Source: Camelus ferus (taxonomy: Eukaryota). Taken from it: a stretch of DNA of 64,000 bases. The stretch covers positions 86,368,001 to 86,432,000 of the forward strand of contig NC_045696.1 of assembly GCF_009834535.1 (NCBI RefSeq), given 5' to 3'. Positions 38,280-51,425 of this stretch are shown one piece after another. A program made the position numbers and the translations under genes. The notes under the pieces are model-generated. The model had not been told where the DNA came from, ran no database searches, and saw only the letters and a program-made list of their open reading frames with translations. The stretch's first letter is position 1. Each line of letters begins with the position of its first letter.

Positions 38280-38930
38280 TGAGTAGTCATTAAAGGGCTT
38301 TAGGCAGACAGTGATGTAACCTTTGCTTTGTGAAAGATTATTCTGGCTGTAGCCTGAGGAATGAATAGAAGGGGGGCCAAACAGGAATAAAAGTAGACAC
38401 TACAACAGCAACAGTGGAGATCCAACTTATAGGAAGACTTGAAAGAGATTTTGGATATGGAATCTACAGAAGTAATCATTTAATTAGGTGCGTTACAAAA
38501 TGCGAAGTATCAAGAAACCTTTGAGAAACTAGGCTTAATGTAGACTATGATTCCAGCTACTACTAGGATAACAGATGGAAGCACTGTGGCAGGGGAAGGG
38601 GGTGATGAATTCCCTGGGAGGTGCACTTTGTTTCAAGTGTCTGTGGTAATTCCTGGATGCTCAGTGTAGGGTTTAATGGACAGAATAAAAATTTCAGCTA
38701 AGAGATATATTTGGGCAGCACAAAATATGGCAACTGAAGTCAAAGAGAATAGAAGAGATCACCTAGGAAGATAACATAAAATGAGAATAGAAGATAAAAG
38801 ACTATAATATACATCACTTGATATATGAATGTTCAAAGCATCCAGATGAAAATGAGACCATTAAGTTAACCGACAAAAAGCAGTCAGAATGATAAGGGTA
38901 GTATCAGAAAGGAGTGGTGACATCCAGGAT
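38280..38930 (-). mobile_element. L2 fragment
   Basis: 'ggctttaggcag..agtgatg..tgaaagattattctggctgtag..gaggaatgaatagaagggggg', 'gatgaattc', 'gatatatttggg', 'gagatcacctaggaaga'. Confidence 0.65.
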
Positions 38931-39229
38931 CACTTTGTGGCATAGCCTCACTAAAATATAGACAAGTAATAGACAGATGGAAGAGTGGATAGATAATAGA
39001 CAGACATCTATAGTATATAGTTATAAAAAGAGGTGTGCAGAAATTGAAGAAAGTTTTTTCTGGTCTTCTGGCTTTCCTAGCTTCACTATCTGCTACTCAT
39101 TTACATTTATATTTTAATCTAGGATTAACAAATTATTCAGAGATTTTAAATAATCATTTCCTGGGCTTTGTGCTATATATTTTATATAAAATAATCTTCC
39201 TCATTTAGTTCATATCATTAAATTCTAAA

Positions 39230-39480
39230 TACAATGTAAATTTTGGCTTAATGGTAAATACTTCTAGAAATATTTTCTGATCCTGCAAAGTGATTTATTT
39301 TATTCTCTATTATATTTCTTGGGATTATTCATATTTGTTCTTATCTCACTATACTATATACAACAGTAGCCCTATAAATACCCTTCAACAAGGAAGTTTG
39401 CAGTTTAAAAGTAGAGTTCTTCCTTATCTTGTTTTTATATCACTGGCATATACTAGGCATTCAATAAATATTTGAAGACT
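39230..39480 (+). mobile_element. L2 3' end
   Basis: 'ttatctt gtttttatatc..ctggcatatactaggcattcaataaatatttg'. Confidence 0.5.
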
Positions 39481-40822
39481 TGTTAACTTTTAACATTTTA
39501 AAAGAAGGATTATATCTCATATTATATTTGAAATTTAGAAATAATATACTTTTAGCCAAAGGAAATGACATAGTTTTGGATATATAATGTTGAATTGATA
39601 GCACAGAATCAAGATGTAAATAATTCTGATTTTATAGAAACAAAAGTCTTTCCTTGGACTAAAAATACAAATACCACCAAAATTTGACTACAGATAAATG
39701 TCATAAACTTTCCTGGAATACTTTTACTCCAAATTATTTCTACTGTTTATCTTAACTATCTGAATAAATTTCTAAGTAATCACCTAAATATAATACCATG
39801 TCAATACAATATAAAATTATATTATAAAAGTTTAACATTGTATTCATTTGGACATAAGTACTTGAACAATTTGTATATAAAGAAATCAAATTTACAACAT
39901 GTCTTAATAATGAAAGTAAATCTATTCTTATCAACTTTACAAATCATGTAAATATAGAAGTTATTAAGCATTAACTGGGACATTCTTTGGTGTAGTTATA
40001 AGCCACTGGCTGTCAAATTTCACAGCATCAGCCTGGTAAAACATTTCTAGGTTAGGGCCCACTATAGAATATAATATAGCACATTTCAAGAATGGCTAGA
40101 GATAAGAAAGAAAACATAGAAATCTAAAATCATTTCCAGAAGTAGAAAATTTATTTTAAAAAGAAGAGATGTGATATTTAGATAATGTTGCACACTTTTT
40201 CTAATAAAAAGAACATCATGAATATTTCCAATACCTTTGTACATAATTGAATATATTTTAGAAATCATACTTATACATGATGTGGTGAAACTGCACAACA
40301 TCAAGCATAAATATACATTTCTTAAAAGATACCACAGGCAAATGGGATATTAGCCATAAAGAAATGCCAATTAATCTGACAAAAGGTATCCTCAAAGTCC
40401 TATGTGAAAATCATAGTCAATTTAGATTTTTATACCAAGTAAACTATATGTTGACATGAATGGAAATGTATGAATGATAGCTGGAGTTGGATAACTGTGT
40501 ATTTGTCTGTTATATTATTATTTATAAATATGTTTGACTATTACCGTAATGAAGATGTCAAATATCATAAAAAGGAAAAAATCATTTTGAGATATTAAAT
40601 AGTATAAACGTTTCCTATCCACCAATCCTACTAAGATTCTTACTTTAGCAAGAAGATCATTGAAATCCGAGGAAGTAATGGGATGAAATAAGGAATAATA
40701 AACACTATTATTCATAAAACATAGTGGTAAACTAAGCATGAGTACAGGCAATAAGAGCAAAAGAATAACAATATTTCCTTCTTAAAAATACTTTTTTTAA
40801 ATGGTTCATTTAAAAAACTTCT

Positions 40823-40993
40823 AAATTGAGGTATAGTCAATTTGCAATGTTGTGCTAGTTTCTGGTGTACAGCACTGTGATTCAGTTATACATATATATG
40901 TATAATTCAGCCTACTGCATAGCACAGGGAAATATATGCAATATCTTATAATAGCCTACAATGAAGAAGAATAAGAAAAGGAATATATATATC
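40823..40993 (-). mobile_element. Short L1 3' end with 5' inversion (twin-priming structure)
   Basis: 40823-40905 is the antisense L1 terminus. 40911-40993 is the immediately upstream 3' UTR segment in the opposite orientation (compare 28596-28680). Confidence 0.85.
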
Positions 40994-41435
40994 TTTAAAA
41001 ATATTTCTGACAACTTTATCTGGGAAGATATAAATCTCTCATGTAAACAATTTTGATGGTGAGAAGTTCCTAAAAAAGTAAAAGTCTGAGCAGTGGTAAA
41101 ATATAAAACAAAAAAATCAAACAAAATACTGTATCAAGTTGAAAAATACTGACAGTTACCTTTTATTTTTATTTTACTATTTTAACTTTTAGCTGTTTTG
41201 AATTTACATAATTAAATATTTTATTCCTTCATTAGATCAGTTTTGTACTAGAAGACATACTAAGAAAAGCCTCTCCCTGTATTTTATTAATTTTTACTTA
41301 TGCTTTTATTAGGTTCGCCATAGTTTATTATTTAAATCTTTGAATTATCTGAGATTTGGTATAAGAGTCAATTTTTACTGTTTGGGTTAACAAATCTTTG
41401 TTTAATAAAAATTCCTTTAAAAAATTGATTTGAGT

Positions 41436-41542
41436 GGGGAAGGTACAGCTCAGTGGTAGAGTGCAAGCTTAGCATGCATGAGGTCATGGGTTCAATTCCC
41501 AGTACCTTCATTAAAATTTTTTTGAAAAATAAAAAAATAAAA
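41436..41542 (+). mobile_element. tRNA(Ala)-like short SINE (camelid-type)
   Basis: ggggaaggtacagctcagtggtagagtgcaagcttagcatgcatgaggtcatgggttcaattcccagtacc plus an A-rich tail. 'gatttga' is repeated on both sides as a partial TSD. Confidence 0.9.
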
Positions 41543-41714
41543 GATTTGAAATAACACCTTTGTTATCTATCTCTTTGTTTCCTTGTATTTTAGCCTGTTT
41601 TAATTTTTCTTTTCCTTTTCTTATGTTTTCTTTGACATTAACCAGTTAAAAGTCTCAACATAATTGAATTTATGAGTTAAATTTTGTTACATGAAACATC
41701 AATTCAAAATTTAA

Positions 41715-42150
41715 GAAAAACAAAAATATTTGCAGCATAAATGATAAGACATTGCTGATATCCTTATATAAGGGGAAAAAAAATGGAAATCCAGTGGAGT
41801 AGCATGGCAAATCTCACAGTCAATCCATATGAAAAATCTGGTGATGGCCAAAAAATAAGAAAAAAGTTGAAAGCCAAAAATTAGAAGTTGAAAAGAAAAA
41901 ACTGTGTCTCTTTTTCCTTACTAGTCTAGCAAAGATTAAAATAATTGATTCAATGCCCAGTGTTGGGCCTGTAGTGGGAAACATACACTGATAAATAATG
42001 TTGAAATGAATCAGCTTAACAATTTTGAATGACAATTTGATACTAATAAAATTATTTGAAAAGTTTTGACTTGTACCATCAATTCCACTTGAAGGACTTC
42101 ATTCTTTTTAAAAGAATATGACAAATGATATTCATCTTAATTTTCGTATT
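41715..42150 (+). mobile_element. Very old L1 (L1ME-like) ORF2 3' region
   Basis: 'aaaatatttgcagcata', 'atggccaaaaaata.gaaaaaa', 'tagcaaagattaaaa..tgat..cccagtgttgg', 'caattccactt'. Confidence 0.55.
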
Positions 42151-44764
42151 CATGTCAACATTGAATGGTTATTTTTAAATGGTATGTTAAATTCACAAAT
42201 ATATATCCACAACCTATGAAATATATATGCACATATATACATATTTATCAACCTGGATTATTCTATACTAAACGAAAAAGGCATTATAATAATTTATAGT
42301 ACTGAAGTCCTTTTTTAAATTTAAAATCAATTATGTATGATGTGATATGTGTATATATGTATATAGACACATGAAAATATATACATAAATTATTTCATTC
42401 CCAAATTCTGACTCCTACTTTTTCCTACTGACCTTTCTGTCAGTTGGTTCTTTTAGTAGCTTGAAAATGAGCTGTCACTATTGAGACAATAATCTACCAT
42501 ATAAAAATTTTGAACATGAACAATGAAGAGTTTGATTATATTAATACCAATTATTTTTATAATCTACTTGGTCAAACTTGTCAGATTGGATTTTACAAAA
42601 ATGTTTTGATATTGATCTGTTCTAGTTTCAACATGTCCTTTTAAAGCAGATTTCTTTTAGGCTCTGACATGGAGTGAATAATTAGGAGAGTCCATTTATT
42701 GTATTACTGTCAGAAAATAACAGTAAGTCTTTTGAATCTTAAGCCTTGATTTTTAAGTAACAACTTAATTAGAAATAATTTCAATTCAAATTAGAAAATA
42801 ATAATCACCTATGAAGAATTTTAAAACTTAAACTTTTCCTCTTTGATGATCAGAAACACAAGTCAAAGATCAACAGTTTTCTATACTGAAGAAAAACTAA
42901 TGGAGAGTCATTAAAATATGCATGTGTATTAGATATAATGTAATTTTAAAACACTTAAGAATTTTATATCAAGACTAGACATCATTTGTTCCCCTTGTAA
43001 AATAATTCCAAGGACATTTGTCCCAATTATCTTCAGAGGTTTTTCTTTCTGCCTATGCAAAATTACATCAATGTGTTAATATTTGTGAGCTACGTACAAA
43101 TGATAATATATTGTAGTTATTTTGTTATTTGTCCCTGTGGTTGCACATGAAACTAGGCAACAATCAGCCCCCTCTTTCCTGTTACCCGCTTTTTTGAATT
43201 GCCACTGGCAAACATCAATAATTTCAAGACAATGGAAGATTCCACTAAGCTATAAAGTGATTTGAAATTCATGCATGTGTAAGTTTCATGCACCTATAAG
43301 TCACTGTTTCACCCACCAAATGGACAGGATCAGCAATTTCAAGCTCCCTGTTCCTATGAATTGCATATTCAAAAGTATATACTTTGCCATTTAAAATTAA
43401 TGATGTCTCTCCCCTAGTGAGGACAGGATTATTTTATAAATTTATTCTTAAATTTCAGATGTGCTTGCATAGAGAATAAATGTTGATGTTTAACACATAA
43501 TTCTAATTTATTGCAGTTAGTATGATAAGTGGCAACAGGTGGACAAAATTAATATATTTACTATTCTCAACAACTGAAGAAAACACACAGAATGTTCTTT
43601 GGTAAATATGAAATCAAAAGAAGAAAACTAGTTTGCTTATTTTAATTTTCTAACTGTTAGGTCTTGATGAGAAGGCTAAATGGGACTTAGAATCTGGAAT
43701 CATCTCTCACCCATTTTTCAAGATTTGGGACAGGAAACTGGACACAATGATCTAAGTCATAACTGAGCAGTGATGGCAGGCTGAAATGAACATGAAGTGA
43801 GAACCAAGCTGACGTATAAAATAAAATGGAAAGTATGAGAGAAGAAGGGCAGGTATCTACAGGTAAAAGAGAAAGTGAAAATGATATTTGTGAGAAAATA
43901 TAATTTTAAATGTTTATTAAATAACAAAAAAGTTCCAGAGTCTTCAGAATGCATTTTAGTACAAATAGCACTAAAATGTGGAAGGGGATGCTGACTAATT
44001 GCAACAAGATGAAACAAATCTGGAAAACAAATTCAGATTCTGTAATAAAGGTACAGCATTCCCTATGTGTGATATCTAAGTGCTTAGTAACATCCATTTA
44101 AGTCTTGACCAGTTAATGTTTCTAATCCTTTAGAAAACATAAAAAGGATTATTTGAGAATGATCAAGGTCACATTGAGAAATGAGAATTACTAGACTTAT
44201 GCCAAAAAAAAATCAAATCAGAAATATCATACATGGAATTCTAATGAACATTTTTATTTTTCCTCTTTTAAAGAAAAACTAGTGAAAATCTTCCCCCAAG
44301 GTAGGGACAGTCGGCAGTATTTTTGGACCCTAGTGATTTCTTTCTGATTTGAGTAGCCCTAGGCCTTCAGATCGCATTCTCCTGGTCCACTCCTAGGCTG
44401 GGCTGGGCAGTTGTTTAGTTCCCAAAACCCAGTCTGATTACTTTCTTTTTCAGAGATTACTTTATTTGCAATTTTATCAACTAGAGAAAGAAAATGTTGC
44501 TTCATTCCAATGTGCTGTCAGTAACATTGTCTGTTTCACATATAAACTCTACCCATAGCTTCTCTGTGTGCTTGCTAGATATTACAGTTTTATTTTTACA
44601 TGAGACAGCTGTAAACCTATTTGAGAATGGATTTCTCCCATTTAGATAGAAATGTAGTCAACATGACAGCATTAAAAGGATTGCTCACTTCCCATCTCCA
44701 GACTCTTATCTCCCCTCCATTTGCAGAGCAACTCAGGTTCTGTTCCCATTGAAACTAATGTCAC

Positions 44765-45000
44765 ATGGTGTTACAAATAGTCAAAATTAGACTATGCCTG
44801 CACTTTAACCCTACCTCCACTCCTGACTTGCTTTGTGACCTTGGGCAAATTATATAATCTCTGTGGCTCAGTGTCTCCATCTATAAAATAGGAATAATTG
44901 CACTACCTACCTCATACATTTGTTTTAAGGAACATATGAATTAGTGCTTGTAAACAGCTCAGAGTTACGGTGGTACATAATAAGGTATTGTTGGCTATTT
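44765..45000 (+). mobile_element. MIR SINE
   Basis: Core 'tgtgaccttgggcaaattatataatctctgtggctcagtgtctccatctataaaataggaataat..ctacctacctcata'. Confidence 0.85.
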
Positions 45001-47849
45001 CTCAGGCATTTCCACATTAACACAATGGTCAACCAGTGCAATTATTTACATTAAAATATGATTATAATATATGCCTAAGTTGCTGTTCTAGTTTAAACAT
45101 GTTTTAATATATAAACCTTTACAGAAATGGCATCCATTTTATTTTAGATAATTATGTGCCAGCCTCAAGTTTATTTAAATGTAATGGGACTAAACTTATA
45201 CTTTATAAATTTCATAAGGAAAAAAGACTGTCACTGCATGAAATTTTATAAATGACAAATTTCCAATCCTAATGTTACCAGCTTTATCAGTAAGACTCCA
45301 AGATCAACATATTTTTAAACATTTGAAATACACACTGTATAAATCAACTCAGGACAGGCAAAGTGACAGTGCCTGTGGAATTCACTGCCTGCCTTCCCTT
45401 GGTAATGAGACTGACTGATAATTCTTCTATGCTCTAAATAACTAAACTTCACTAATGTGAACCCAAGTCTGTAAATTATATTTTATATGTAGCTGACTGG
45501 TAAGCAAATTTGATTTCATGCAAATATTTTGAAGTGGATTAGTTGATGGAGAAACCACATCTGAATGCTAATAATATACCTCTCTGTATACACAGAGTGA
45601 AAACGCCTTCAATCCACAGGAAAGTGTCAGCATTAATAAAGCAATGTCATGCTATACCTCCCCCATAGCTGGCCTATATTGACATGAAAAATTATAATGG
45701 TAGAAATACAGAACTTTTCAGATATAAATAACCTTACTGTGTTATGAAATTTTTATCAGCAAGGGATAACTAAAGAGAAGGAAGAAATCAACTGCAAGGA
45801 ATATCATTGCCATCTATTGACAGTAGGTTTTGTGATAAGACGTAAAATCTATTTTCATTATATAATTGTGGATGTCCTATTTATTTAATAATGACCTATC
45901 AGTGCAGGGATGTAATTCTGACTTAGAAGATATAGATTTAGGGATAATAAATGGATATTTATACCATCTCTTAAACATTTTAAAAGCTCCTTAGAATATA
46001 TTTCTATAGTGGTACATATCATAATTTGAACCTTTTGCAGCATAAACGATGAAGGCTTTTAGAAACGGGCTGATTTTTCTTATTGCGGGTTAATGTTTAC
46101 ATCTTCAAATCCTGACTATCATAATTCCTTTTTCAAGTAGTTACTAGGTAGGAAGTGGTAGGTTAATATTTATTGGATTCCAAAGATGCCTCTGTCTGTT
46201 TTATAAACTAAATAATTTGATTTTAGTTAAATGCTATGAAGCATGTGTGTATGCCTCTGTGTACAAGTGAAGTGCTCCTACAAAAAGCCAGCCCAACAGA
46301 GGGTCTTTCAGGGGATTCAGCCTATTGAAACCCCATGTGTCAATCTATTTAATCTTGTTAAAAATAATCTGCTTTATCCATGAGAAATGTTTTAAATACG
46401 TGCTAAGTCACCGATATTTGCATTGACATGGCCTTCATTTTCCAGAGCCATCAGCTCCAAAGCCTAGTCTTCCGTTCAACTGATGTTTTTATACCTACAT
46501 TATTAATTTAAATACACTCAAACATCTGCTTGTAAGATACATACATTTCCATGAACAAGATTATAAAAGGGAATAAAAGAAAGAAGTAGTGTGATAAATT
46601 AGCTTTAAACATAAAATAGGACTTTTGCTTAGTCTACCTGAATACTTTAAAACCCTAGGCACATAGCTTAGGCCATATTTTTATACCTGCTTTAAAGAAC
46701 TAAGACAGAATGTGGTGTTCTAGATCATTGCTTCTTTCAAATGTGTACATGTATGGCCAAGGAACTAGATTTATCTACTTTTCAAGCTCATTACAAATTT
46801 CTAGAATGACAGAAAATAATTACGTACACTGAAGTATTTTAACAGAGTGACTGCTACCAAGAATGCTGGACCGAACACTTTCACAATACATCTGTGTATA
46901 CTGCCTTCCTCGGCTTCAATTTCAGAGATAGTGCTAGTTTCCTGTACATTGTGATATGTTCCATTACACTGTTAAGGGAGCTGTAATTGTTAGCTTAGGT
47001 AGAGAGATAAGTAATCATGGAAACAGATGATGACCCTAAGCCATTCTAAACCTATTACAACAAAGCCATTTGAAGTAAACTCTAGCAATGAGATTAGATT
47101 CCTCTCAGACCTACATTAAGACCAAAGGCAAAGAAAGGCAATTGAAATTGTACCTATTTTGCAACTGGATGTGTACAAACTATAAACTACAAAGAGTTTT
47201 CACCATAGAAGAGGTTGTTCTTTTACTGATACATCTTGTAAAATAATTCAATTACTATTTTTGCTAATATGAAATTCTGAAACTTTGTATAAGACTTGGT
47301 TAAAGCTTTATTTAAATAAAATTAAATAAAAACACATGAAAATCATTTTTTTTTTGGTAATGAACTTGATGTACATGAGAAGAAAACAGTTATATGTGTA
47401 CATGTGTGTGCATGCCAACTCTGGTATCAGTTTTCTTCCTAGGCATAGACAAAGCAAATTTTTATGAGGTCCTCATCAAAAGGAAAAGAAATATATGGCC
47501 ATATTCATCACATTAAATATGCTCTCTTCATAGAGTCAATAGGTACATTTCCAACCTCTGAGATTTCATCTATGCTTCAAGGGTCCAAATGACCTACAAA
47601 CATATTCCTTTTGTCTGTCAAAATATATGAAAAATAAATATTCTAATTGCAGATATATATTACTCCAAACAACAGCAAAGGATATTATACCTTTTTTTTT
47701 TTTTTCCTTTACAAGGCTTTAAAACTCAGCAATATTAAGAGTACAAAATAGAATAAGACAAGTTATTTCTTTGCCTTAGTGGAGCTTATAATTTAGTATG
47801 GGCAACTGTAGAAGTATACATACAGTGTACAATTTTTAAAGATTTTTTT

Positions 47850-48030
47850 TTTGAATACCAGGCACTGTGTTAAGCTTCAAAAGATAGACTAAAAATTTTT
47901 CAGAGAAAGAAAACATAGCTTAGAAATATTGAGTTACCTGATCAAAAACAGACAGCTGTAACAGAGAAGTCCATACTCAACCAAAGTCAGTTAATTCCAA
48001 ATTTCTATGCTCTTAACCACTAGATTATTT
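47850..48030 (-). mobile_element. MIR SINE
   Basis: 'ccaggcactgtgttaagc..cagagaaagaaaac..gagttacctgatcaaaaacagacagctg..tgctcttaaccacta'. Confidence 0.6.
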
Positions 48031-48099
48031 TGCCTATGAGATATTTAAAGTAAGAAGCACATGCCCAGGGTTATCAATACCCTTAAACAACCTGTTATT

Positions 48100-48500
48100 T
48101 TTAACAAGTAGGAGTCGGGTAGATTTTTGGAGGAAGGGACATTCAATCTCCACTTGGAAGCTAAGAAAAGCTACAGATAGTGGAAAACAGAAGGAACTTC
48201 ATGAATAGTGTACAGATATCATACAAGGCCTAGTGGGTCAGGAAAATTCAATGTCTAATTTAAGGCAGCTTGAGTTAATAAGTGACTGTAGTTACAGGCA
48301 CATTTGTACAAATGGCTTGGCCAAATTTCAGAAACTGAATTTGACTAGAAGATTGGACATTATTCTGGAGACAAAGAAGGTATATAGAACATGTTTAAAT
48401 TTCAGTAAAAATTGCTTTTGGGACTATTAACCTGTCAGCAATATATAGGATGGTACTTGAGAAGGCCTGCATAAGAGACAAATCTACTTAAAACCTTTCA
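48100..48500 (-). mobile_element. Degraded L2
   Basis: 'gatttttggaggaagggacatt', 'ttggacattattct', 'gactattaacctgtcagca' are antisense L2-type motifs. Confidence 0.4.
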
Positions 48501-48929
48501 ATGAAGACATTACTCATTAAGACCATTCAAAGCATTAACCAGATTACCCATCAGTTTACCCATCCTTTTAGGTCACTAACAATATGAAGGGATAAAAAAT
48601 GGGTTGGAAGTACTAAGAAATGGAATCTAGAGAGGTTTTCAGTTAAAGGACTTGAAAAGCTTGGGACCAATGACTTTTATCATGATTTTCACCGAAGTCA
48701 GCAAACCATCATGATTCTTTGAGTTCCATTCTTTTCCCAGAGATGGTAACACCCTTTTAACTTCAGGGAATATCATGATACATGGAATCCTAAACATTTA
48801 TCGGGCTCTAGTCAAAGATTTGAGTGGTATTTTGAGAAAGAATGGTTTTCGTCAGATAAACAGTATTTGTGGCTGCTGAATCCAGGTGTCTAGAGTTAAC
48901 AACAAGGACAACAACAACAAAACCTTAGC

Positions 48930-49505
48930 TACTATTCCTCTCTAGCTTGTCCACATTCAGATTCTTTATTTTCCTTCAAGGACTCCAGCACTCAATGTTC
49001 ACTCTGCATGGAATGCTCTTCTCCCAGATGGTTCCCATTCACTTATCAGAGAGGATAATCAAAAATTTGTCACTCTCTATTGCTTGGTATATTAATTATG
49101 TTTTTATTTGTCTACAGACTACCTTCCCTACAAATATTTAAAACTTAGATAACATATATATGGGGGCTACTATGTGCCAGGCATTGCTCTAAGCACTTTA
49201 TTTAAATATAACTCATTTAACCATATGAGAGATTGACAATTATCCCCATATTACAAATGAAGTAACTAAACTGTAAGGAGATTATCTAACACGCTGAAAG
49301 TTACACAGCTGAACATAATCCAGGAATTAGGATTTGAACTAGGCAAATGGCCCCAAAATCTATCCTCTCAACTATCACATTCTGCTGTCTTATAAAAGTG
49401 CTCTAAATACAGGAATTTGATCTATTTTATTCATTACTGGATTCCTAGTAAGTAGCACAGAGCCTGGCTCATAAGTGACAGCTGATTTCATAATGTGTGA
49501 ATGAA
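48930..49505 (+). mobile_element. L2 3' region split by a MIR insertion
   Basis: 'ctctgcatggaatgctcttctcccagat' lies before the MIR. 'ctattttattcattactggattcctag..agcacagagcctggc.cataagt..tgtgaatgaa' lies after it. Confidence 0.65.
49147..49390 (-). mobile_element. MIR SINE
   Basis: 'tactatgtgccaggcattgctctaagcacttta..aactcatttaa..attatccccatattacaaatgaag.aact..gttacacagct..ggatttgaactaggca'. Confidence 0.85.
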
Positions 49506-49593
49506 CCTGAAAGTTAGCAAACACTAGGAAAATGTAGTAGATCATTTGTTTAGAGTGTTTGTGTTACACTGGGACATCAAAAGTGAATGAATA

Positions 49594-51425
49594 ATTATCT
49601 AGGAATAAACCTATGTAAGATGATAAAAGACCTCTACTAAGAAAACTGTAAGACACTGATGAAAGAAACTGAAGATGACATAAACAGATGGAAAGATACA
49701 CCACGTTCTTGGATTGGAAGAATTAATATTGTTAAAATGACCATACTACTCAAGGAAATCCACAGATTTAATTAAATCCCTATCAAAATACCAATGGCAC
49801 TTTTCACAGAACTAAAAACAAATAATTTTAAAATTTGTATGAAAACACAAAAGACCCCAAATAGCCAAAACAATCTTGAGAAAGAAGAACAGAGCTGGAG
49901 GAATCATGCTTCCTAACTTCAGATTACACTACAAATCTACAGTAATCAAAATAGTATGATTCTGGCACAAAAGCAGACACGTAGATCAATGGAACAGAAT
50001 AGCCCAGAAATAAACCTACGCACTTATTGTCAATTAATCTATGACAAAGGAGGCAAGAATGTACAATGGAGAAAAGACAGTCTCTTCAATAAGTGGTGCT
50101 GGGAAAACTGGACAGCTACATGTAAAAGAATGAAATTAGAACATCTCTAACACTATAAACAAAAATAAGCTCAAACTATGTTAAAGACCCAAATGTAAGA
50201 CTAAAAACCATAAAACTCTCTAGAGGAAAACATAGAACACTCATTGACATAAATGTAGCAATATTTGTTTTTGGATCTGTCTCTTAAAGCAAAGGCAATA
50301 AAAGCAAAAATAAACAAATAGAAACTAACTAAACTTAAAACCTTTTGCACAGCAAAGGAAACCACTGGAAAAGTGAAAAGACAACCTACTGAACAGGAGA
50401 AAATATTTGCAAATGATATGAACAATAAGGGGTTAATATCCAACATATATAAACAACTCATACACTCAACATGAGAAAAACAAACAACCTGATCAAAAAT
50501 GGGCAGGTCTGAATAGACATTTTTTTCCAAAGAGGAAATACAGGTGGTCAACAGGCACATGAAAAGATGGTCAACATTACTAATCATCAGAAAAATGCAT
50601 ATCAAAACCACAGTGAGAGATCACCTTACACCTGTCAGAATGGCTATCATCAAAAAGAACGCAAATAATAAATATTGGTGAGAATGTGGAGAAAAGGGAA
50701 CCCTCCTACACTGTTGGTGAGAATGTAAATTGATGCAGCCACAGTGGAAAACAATATGAAGGGTTCTCAAAAAGCTAAAAATAGAACTGCCATATGACCC
50801 AGCAATTCCTCTCTTAGGTAAATACCTTAAAAAAACCAAAAACACTAATTTGAAAAGATGCATGCACCCCAATGTTTATAGCAGCTTTATTTACAATTGC
50901 CAAGGTATGGAAGCAACCTAAGTGTCCATCAACAAATGAATGGATAAAGAAGATTGTGGTGTGTACATACACACACACACACACACATCTAAAAAATGGA
51001 ATACTACGCATCCATTACAAATAATGCAATTTTGCCATTTGCAAAAACATGGATGGACTTGGAGGGGAAAATGCTAAATGAAATGTCAGACAGACAGACA
51101 TTATGATATCACTTATACGTGGAATCTAAAAGATACAACAAACTAATGAATATAAAAAAAGGGGGCAGGCTCACAGATACAGAGAACAAACTAGTAGTTA
51201 TCAATGGGGAGAGGGAAGGGGGAGGGGCAAGATAGGCATTGTGATTAAGAGGAGCAAACTATTATGTATAAAATAAGCTACAAGGAAATAGTGTACAACA
51301 TGGGGAATATAGCTGATATTTTATAATAACTATAAATGTAATATAATCTTTCAAAATTATGAATCACAATATCATACACCTGTTAGCCTGTAATAATACT
51401 GTACATCAACTACACTTCAGTTAAA
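49594..51425 (+). mobile_element. 5'-truncated L1 (ORF2 C-terminal part + 3' UTR), older laurasiatherian/cetartiodactyl type, with TSD
   Basis: ORF2 remnant [29 protein letters not shown] aaaagtgaat(g/a)aata at 49579-49593 and 51426-51440. Confidence 0.95.

Noticed and set aside
41436..41510. tRNA-Ala gene
   Set aside because: It has A/B boxes and a tRNA-like head, but the stems pair poorly. It carries an A-rich tail and a partial TSD, and a diverged homologue sits at 5503-5585, so it is a SINE.
46820..46990. Open frames on both strands bounded by AG/GT as a coding exon
   Set aside because: Splice signals are weak, the peptides are unrecognisable and there are no partner exons.
48741..48890. 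Acceptor followed by a 45-codon frame (DGNTLLTSGNIMIHG...)
   Set aside because: No recognisable homology, and it is surrounded by L2 debris. It is consistent with chance.
49956..51011. ORFs of 64-136 aa as genes
   Set aside because: These are sense fragments of dead L1 ORF2 or the usual antisense L1 ORFs. The same applies to 27350-28720 and 61254-63479.
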